Positions 23,745 to 29,827 of a stretch of DNA of 29,827 nucleotides are shown here, one piece after another. Both the position numbers and the translations under genes were made by a program. Numbering within the stretch: position 1 is the first letter of the stretch; the number at the start of each line of letters is the position of its first letter. The DNA is taken from positions 1 through 29,827 of the IMG/VR virus record IMGVR_UViG_3300044911_002339, one strand, 5' to 3'. The notes under the pieces are model-generated. The model saw nothing but the letters and a program-made list of their open reading frames with translations, did no database searches and was not told where the DNA came from. Source of the stretch: a virus. Taxonomy: Duplodnaviria; Caudoviricetes.

Positions 23745-24919
23745 TATATTCTATTTTTGCACAGCGAGATGCTACAATTTATGAAAGACAATATACCATG
23801 AATACTGGTATAGATCCTTTATTGGAATTATCCCATGAAACACCAGGTTCAGGATCTTCAATTTACAATAGTAGAATACTTGTAAAGTTTGATATGTCAG
23901 ATGTTGAAAATAGAATTAACTCTGGTAAAATATCTGAAAATGCAAAATACTATCTATCTCTTATTACTGCAGATATTAGAGAAATTCCACAAGAATATGT
24001 TGTATATGCATACCCATTGAGTTCATCTTGGACTAACGGAACTGGTAAATTTGTAAATTTACCATATACAACAGATGGAGTTTCTTGGAGATACCGAACA
24101 TCAAAAACAGTTGGAACCGAATGGGATATACCACCAACAGTTGATAGTTTAGAATGGGATGAAGTGTCACAGACATGGATTCAAGATGACGGGATATGGG
24201 GAAACAATACACCTACTGCAACAGTTACATCATCGTATTTTACACATGAAGGCGGTGGAACATGGTGGGATTATGATAATTTGGAATGCACTCAATCATT
24301 TTCATTCCAATCGTCAGATATTTATATGGATGTCACAAATCTTGCAAGAAGATGGGTAACTGGATCAGGAAGATTTGAAAATGACGGAATGATTCTAAAA
24401 TTCAGCAATGAAATGGAATCATCTCCTAATAATCTATTGAATAGTCTTAAATTTTTTGGAACGGATAGTAATACGATATATGTTCCAAGATTGAACATAG
24501 TTTGGGATGATTCTGAATTTATTACTGGAAGTTTAGAATCAGTTGCTGAAGATAGCATAAATTTGAATGTTAAACTTAAAAAGTTTTATGCAGAAAAAGA
24601 AAGGGCAAAAATAAGAATATATGCAAATTCTCGTTATCCACAAAAAAATTACACAACAACTGCATATCAAACTGTAAATTATTATTTACCATCATCTTCT
24701 TATTATGAAATCCGTGATGCTCATAGTGATGAAATAATTCTTCCTTTTGATTACACTGGTTCAAAAATTAGTTGTGATGGAACAAGTAGTTATTTTAATC
24801 TGTGGATGGATTCATTTCAACCAGAAAGATTTTATAGAGTGGTAATAAAAATAGAAAGAGAAGATGGAGATAATGTTCAAATTTTTGACAACAATCATTA
24901 CTTCAAGGTTGTAAGATGA
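23741..24919 (+). CDS. Putative baseplate/virion structural protein (beta-rich)
   Basis: DATIYE...NTGIDPLLEL...SRILVKFD, IYVPRL; ATGA-coupled to the gp6-like gene. Confidence 0.8.
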   Translation: MIYSIFAQRDATIYERQYTMNTGIDPLLELSHETPGSGSSIYNSRILVKFDMSDVENRINSGKISENAKYYLSLITADIREIPQEYVVYAYPLSSSWTNGTGKFVNLPYTTDGVSWRYRTSKTVGTEWDIPPTVDSLEWDEVSQTWIQDDGIWGNNTPTATVTSSYFTHEGGGTWWDYDNLECTQSFSFQSSDIYMDVTNLARRWVTGSGRFENDGMILKFSNEMESSPNNLLNSLKFFGTDSNTIYVPRLNIVWDDSEFITGSLESVAEDSINLNVKLKKFYAEKERAKIRIYANSRYPQKNYTTTAYQTVNYYLPSSSYYEIRDAHSDEIILPFDYTGSKISCDGTSSYFNLWMDSFQPERFYRVVIKIEREDGDNVQIFDNNHYFKVVR

Positions 24920-25701
24920 GTGATTTACAAAGAGATTCTGCAACAAACAGAATAATAAGTTACATCGATGAACGTTCTGTTCAAAACAAAGGAAATATAG
25001 AAATACCGGTAGTTGATCAAAGATTTTTAGCTGAAAGTTTTGATTTTGTTGTTAAATCAAATTTTACTTCTTTATCTGACGCTGTAAATGCAGAACAAAA
25101 TTTGTTTAACCAATTAAAAAACATAGAAAATGGAATTTTTTCTGGAGTTCCATTGGGCAATCTTTCTGCAACTGATATTCAAAATGTTCAAGATATTGCT
25201 AAAAACGAATTGCTTCAAAATTTACAAAACATTGTAGAAAGTAATCCTAATAGTATTGCTAATTTAGAAAGAAGAATTGCCGAATTAGAGGCAATCGTAG
25301 ATAGTCAAAGAGATCAATTAGTAGATTGGCAAAATGCATCAGAAAGATGGCAAGAAACTGTTAGTCTTTGGGCACGTGAAAATGAAAATCAATCTGTTCG
25401 CGCTGATTCATTTGAGAGATTGAGTAATCAACTTTCTGCACAAAATGAACAAATTATTACAGAACTTAAAACTGAAATGGATCTACAAAACATAATTGCA
25501 TCTGGATCAATATCTTCTCTTGCACAAAGAACCGATAAAACACTTAATACATTATTGACGGAAGTTGATACTATAAGAACTGTTGGTGGTATGTTTACTG
25601 ATCCAGCAACAGGATATGTAGGAAAATTATCGGAAAAAATCAATGTTGATTTTTTGAATGAATCTCCACCAGAAGAAAATGGTGATGATGAAGGTGGTTA
25701 A
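24916..25701 (+). CDS. Coiled-coil putative structural protein
   Basis: IANLERRIAELEAIV heptads; ATGA overlap. Confidence 0.8.
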   Translation: MSDLQRDSATNRIISYIDERSVQNKGNIEIPVVDQRFLAESFDFVVKSNFTSLSDAVNAEQNLFNQLKNIENGIFSGVPLGNLSATDIQNVQDIAKNELLQNLQNIVESNPNSIANLERRIAELEAIVDSQRDQLVDWQNASERWQETVSLWARENENQSVRADSFERLSNQLSAQNEQIITELKTEMDLQNIIASGSISSLAQRTDKTLNTLLTEVDTIRTVGGMFTDPATGYVGKLSEKINVDFLNESPPEENGDDEGG

Positions 25702-25722
25702 TAAATAAGGTGATTTAATTTT

Positions 25723-28700
25723 ATGCCAAGTTTTTTATACAAAAATTTACTTGATATAGTAAGAACAAATCGTCCTATTAGGGGCGATAGGTATGACTAT
25801 TCAAATTTTGCTAACAGCATTATTGTTCCAAAATTTTCTACATTAAATAATCCCGAAGATCCTTCTTCTCCGGGAACAAATGTAGAACTTCATATATTTT
25901 TGCCTAATTTTTCTTATGTAGATACATTACATAATGCAAATTATGAAATAGATCCTCGTATAACAGAATCCGGTGATCCGTTACGGTATGTTGTATTACC
26001 TATACATAACCATATAAAACAATTAAATTTAGTTCCTGGACCATATAAGTTTGTTTACAACTTTTTTAGAGATTTAATTGGTTCTGCTGAAAATGAAAAT
26101 AGATTGTTTGTTTCAGACATTTCACAAGACAGACGAGAATTAAGATTAACTTTAACAAATCCAACTGATATAGAATCTTTGGAAAATTTAAGTAGTTTTG
26201 TTCTTGAATATATGAGGGGATCAAAATATAAACTACCAATAGTTCTAAATTTTGGCGAGAATAATTTAGTTGATGTGATAAATGTTACATCCGATGGAAA
26301 CCCTACATATTTTTATGTTCGTATTGCAGAACCGTTAGATACTGATGTTGATTTGTATTATCAATGTTGGCTTTCAAGTCAAATAATGAAGCCGTATATT
26401 GATTCAGTTCAAGTGGAAAAAGAGTTTGAAACACTATCACCAAAATTTATTAAAGGTCCAAATTACGAAGTTGAATATGAAAATTTCATTTCTGCAACAA
26501 CAGAATATAAAAATTGGAATGATATTTTATCAACAAATTTACAAACATCACAACAAATACTTGATAAATACTTAACATCTTCTGGATCAAAAGTAGAATT
26601 AAACTATAATTTTACAGATTTTTCAAATTTTGTATTCTATTCATCAGCAGAAGAAAGAGTTGAAAATTTTTACTATAAAATGCGTTTAATTCAGCATTAC
26701 AACAATCAACTTGCTGATTTAGAATCATACACGGGTTCATTGGATTTGAACAAAACAAAAGTAAAAATGTTAAGAGAATCGGTTGTTTCTGGTTTTGATG
26801 AATTTGAAAAGTGGTTATACTATGAAACAACTGCAAGTTTAAGATATACAAGTGAACTTACTGCATCAATACAACCATTTCCAAAATACGAAGTAACTGG
26901 AAGCACTTATCATATATTAACAAGACAAGGTAAATTTAATTTATATTCAAGTTCAAGTATTCAAGTAGAAGAATGGTATAACACTGTTTTAGATGTAGCA
27001 ACCGATTTTGATATGGTAAATGATTCTGCGTTGATTAAATCACTACCGGAACATATATTTGATAATCCCGATAATGAACAAATACTTACATTTGTAAACA
27101 TGATTGGTCAGCACTTTGACATTTTATATTTTTATACTGACCACATATTAAAAAAGAATTTAAGAGAAGAACACCCAAAAGACGGGTTATCACAAGACCT
27201 TATTTATGAAGCAACACGAAATTTAGGTTGGACTCTTTCTAGTGGAACAAGAACAAAAGATTTATGGGAATATGCATTAGGTGTAAGTGGTAGTGGTGAA
27301 CCAATTTGGGCAGGAAGAAATACGGTAGGCAAAGAACATTCAAAAAGTGAAGAAGAAAGAACAAAAGAAGTTTGGCGTAGAGTATTGAACAATTTGCCTT
27401 ACATTTACAAATCAAAGGGAACTGCTAGAGGTGTTAAGGCACTATTATCTGCTTATGGTATTCCACAAACACTATTAACTATTAGAGAATTTGGTGGACC
27501 GGATAATGCGGATTTGGGTGTTGTTCCTAGAGCAGAATGGGAAAAACATACATATTATTTGAATTTAGTTGGTAGTTTACAACAACCACCTACATCTAGT
27601 TATGTCAGATTGCCTTGGGAAAGAATTAACAATGAAAATAATCAGTGGCAATATCCAGATACACTAACTTTTAGATGGAAAATGAATCCATCACAGTTGT
27701 ATCGTTATGAAAATAACGAATTACAAACTGTTTTACAAAAAGAAACAACTGGTAGTAGATTGGATTGGTATGTTACTGTTCATAGAACTGGATCTGCAGA
27801 AAAAGGTGATTTGACTTTTTATTTGGGAGATGGGACAAGTTACAAATCTGCATCTATAAAAGACGAATATCTATATGATGATGTTCCATTGAACATAATG
27901 ATTCGTAGAAATGAATCAACTGATACACTTTCGTCTGATAATACATACGATTTTATATTAAAAACTTCAAAGTATGGAAAAATTGTAGTTGAGAGAAGTG
28001 CAAGTATTTCAATAACGGGATCAATAGAATCAAATTACAACAATGCTTGGTCATCTGATGGATATTTATACATAGGTTCGGGATCAAATCCTCAAACTAA
28101 TAAAATGTTATCGGGATCTATTTTTGAATTGAGATATTGGGCAAAACCTTTAATAGAATCTTCTTTCAATAATCATGTAATGGGTGCCCGTGCATATAAC
28201 GGTAACACATCAACATCATCATTTTATGATTTACAAGCACAATGGAAATTTTGGCAACCTTTTAATGCTGAATTAACTTCCAGTATAAAAAGTATGCATC
28301 CCGATCAAACAAAATTTAATTTCTTCACTTCACCAAAGAATGCTTACTTCAATGGATTTAGTAGAGATTTGTTTGAATCAACCGTTGAAGTTTACAATAT
28401 GGAAGTTGCAACTGTTGCAAATAATACACCATTCTCCGAAAAAATTAGGATAGATTCTGCATCACTTCAAGGATCTTTAACAAAAGATAGATCATCAACA
28501 GTAACTGCATTTGATAATTTTTCAATAGATTCAAATAAGTTAATGGTTGCATTTTCGCCACAACACATAATAAATGAAGACATATATGAATCAATAGGTA
28601 ATGCTGTAATAGATGATTATTTTGGTGAATACGAAAATACAAAAAGAGACGAATATCCAAGATTAAAACAATTTGCAAGAGAGTATTGGAAAAAATATAC

Positions 28701-29757
28701 AAATAGAAATGATTTTAGTTCGTATTTAAGATTGGTTTCTATATTTGATTTTAGTTTATTTGATCAAATACGCCAAACACTTCCTGTTCGTGCAAACGAA
28801 ATACTTGGATTGGTTATAGAACCAAACATACTTGAAAGATCAAAAGTAAAAACATCAAAAGATTTTGGTGGTTTGGGTTCGGATAGATATGTTAGAGATA
28901 CATCTGAAATATCTGCTTCAGCTGTTATTATCGGTGATGTAAATAATTCAAAATCAACAACTGTTTTTGTTGGTTTCGATGAGGATATACCAAGTGAATT
29001 TACAAACATTGCCGGTGAATTTGATATAGAAGAAACATTTGAGGCGGAAACAGAAAACCTAGAAGATGATGTTGATGTTAATGCAAATTTAATAATTGAT
29101 GCATCACTTACAGATGGAACTATTTCATCAAGACAACGAGAAATAATTGCAGAATCTTATGATCAAAGGGGAACTATAAACAAAGAACCTGCTAGATTTA
29201 TCGATAATACTATAACCAATATGACCGGACTTATTAAAGTTATAGGAAAAAATTCTTTGATTGGTAAGAACAATACAATACTTGATGTATTTGGCAGTTT
29301 GGATTTAGGGTTTTCAAACACATTTGATAGAACAAATGTAATACATGGAAGCACAACAGGATTGGGAACTGGATGGTATACTGTAAATAATTCCTTTAAT
29401 AAAAGAACTTCTTTATTTCAAATGATTAGTTCATCCCGCGATGAAAATTTTTACAAAACATTTAAGTTTTACTATACATCATCTTTGAATCCAGAAGGAA
29501 CAAATTGGAGTTCTTTTGAGTATTTACCGGCAGGACAAATGAATCAAGGTAACTATACAACTTCTGTTCGTAATGCACGATTTGATGGATGTAAATTACC
29601 AGACAACGATGTTACAAACAAAATATCTTTTCCAATGTATACGCCAAACTATACATATTTGGATGCAAATGAAGATCCAAGTGCTTTAATTATTTTGGTT
29701 TTGCCTTTTGAAGTTTTACCAGAATGGTTACAAAGAATAAGATCACAAAGAAGATAA
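25723..29757 (+). CDS. Large baseplate wedge protein (gp7/P2 gpI-like motif plus LamG-like domain)
   Basis: MIGQHFD, NNLPYIYKSKGTARGVKALLSAYGIP, IREFGG; SGSIFELRYW LamG-like end; GLVIEPNILERSK. Confidence 0.8.
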   Translation: MPSFLYKNLLDIVRTNRPIRGDRYDYSNFANSIIVPKFSTLNNPEDPSSPGTNVELHIFLPNFSYVDTLHNANYEIDPRITESGDPLRYVVLPIHNHIKQLNLVPGPYKFVYNFFRDLIGSAENENRLFVSDISQDRRELRLTLTNPTDIESLENLSSFVLEYMRGSKYKLPIVLNFGENNLVDVINVTSDGNPTYFYVRIAEPLDTDVDLYYQCWLSSQIMKPYIDSVQVEKEFETLSPKFIKGPNYEVEYENFISATTEYKNWNDILSTNLQTSQQILDKYLTSSGSKVELNYNFTDFSNFVFYSSAEERVENFYYKMRLIQHYNNQLADLESYTGSLDLNKTKVKMLRESVVSGFDEFEKWLYYETTASLRYTSELTASIQPFPKYEVTGSTYHILTRQGKFNLYSSSSIQVEEWYNTVLDVATDFDMVNDSALIKSLPEHIFDNPDNEQILTFVNMIGQHFDILYFYTDHILKKNLREEHPKDGLSQDLIYEATRNLGWTLSSGTRTKDLWEYALGVSGSGEPIWAGRNTVGKEHSKSEEERTKEVWRRVLNNLPYIYKSKGTARGVKALLSAYGIPQTLLTIREFGGPDNADLGVVPRAEWEKHTYYLNLVGSLQQPPTSSYVRLPWERINNENNQWQYPDTLTFRWKMNPSQLYRYENNELQTVLQKETTGSRLDWYVTVHRTGSAEKGDLTFYLGDGTSYKSASIKDEYLYDDVPLNIMIRRNESTDTLSSDNTYDFILKTSKYGKIVVERSASISITGSIESNYNNAWSSDGYLYIGSGSNPQTNKMLSGSIFELRYWAKPLIESSFNNHVMGARAYNGNTSTSSFYDLQAQWKFWQPFNAELTSSIKSMHPDQTKFNFFTSPKNAYFNGFSRDLFESTVEVYNMEVATVANNTPFSEKIRIDSASLQGSLTKDRSSTVTAFDNFSIDSNKLMVAFSPQHIINEDIYESIGNAVIDDYFGEYENTKRDEYPRLKQFAREYWKKYTNRNDFSSYLRLVSIFDFSLFDQIRQTLPVRANEILGLVIEPNILERSKVKTSKDFGGLGSDRYVRDTSEISASAVIIGDVNNSKSTTVFVGFDEDIPSEFTNIAGEFDIEETFEAETENLEDDVDVNANLIIDASLTDGTISSRQREIIAESYDQRGTINKEPARFIDNTITNMTGLIKVIGKNSLIGKNNTILDVFGSLDLGFSNTFDRTNVIHGSTTGLGTGWYTVNNSFNKRTSLFQMISSSRDENFYKTFKFYYTSSLNPEGTNWSSFEYLPAGQMNQGNYTTSVRNARFDGCKLPDNDVTNKISFPMYTPNYTYLDANEDPSALIILVLPFEVLPEWLQRIRSQRR

Positions 29758-29791
29758 TCCAAAATAATTTGATATTTTTGAATAATTGTTA

Positions 29792-29799
29792 TATTTATA
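29792..29799 (+). promoter_or_regulatory. Candidate late promoter TATTTATA for the next gene (outside window)
   Basis: Intergenic; window ends in a probable SD (AAGG). Confidence 0.55.
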
Positions 29800-29827
29800 G
29801 AAGTATACGAATAATTTTCTAACAAGG

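Noticed and set aside
3033-29354. Numerous short antisense or alternate-frame ORFs nested in long genes
   Set aside because: Shadow ORFs of biased codon usage (Ser/Phe/Pro-rich), without SDs or recognisable motifs
11051-29757. Bacterial T6SS/eCIS locus rather than phage
   Set aside because: Context of thyX, gp55-like sigma, T4-type wedge genes and phage-like gene packing, with no membrane complex or AAA ATPase, indicates a myophage
1-29827. Stop-codon reassignment as in some jumbo phages
   Set aside because: Standard-code ORFs tile the window densely; TAG (1730, 8902) and TGA end genes at sensible positions
1-29827. tRNA or rRNA genes
   Set aside because: No cloverleaf or T-loop signature found by eye in the intergenic gaps; the boxA-like site is followed by a protein gene

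Overview
AT-rich segment of a large T4-like (myovirus, jumbo-type) phage genome in the standard genetic code. The host is probably Bacteroidota/FCB-group, judged from TTTG-N19-21-TAnnTTTG promoters and a DUF4494-like gene. Positions 1-2660 are a regulatory-dense divergence zone: duplicated host-type promoters, a 3x25-bp palindrome array, a candidate origin (iterons plus AGATCT repeats), and a lytic transglycosylase gene enclosed by a boxA-like site, a GNRA hairpin and a 13-bp 5'/3' inverted repeat. Positions 2.7-11 kb hold accessory and regulatory genes (thyX, methyltransferase-like, FISUMP, Spy/CpxP-like lipoprotein, glycosyltransferase, uvsE, clpP-like, gp55-like late sigma). Positions 11-29.8 kb are a baseplate module (gp5-like hub, three large uncharacterised proteins, gp25-, gp6- and gp7-like wedge proteins). 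Best candidates for new biology: (1) a shared ~60-75-aa domain carried by two hub-adjacent proteins with different enzymatic cargo (LRR plus phosphodiester glycosidase; split CHAP); (2) a 5'-3' panhandle/antitermination switch or invertible cassette around the muramidase gene; (3) a TATTTAT late-promoter motif coupled to SD-sequestering hairpins. All family assignments come from motif recognition by eye, not database searches.
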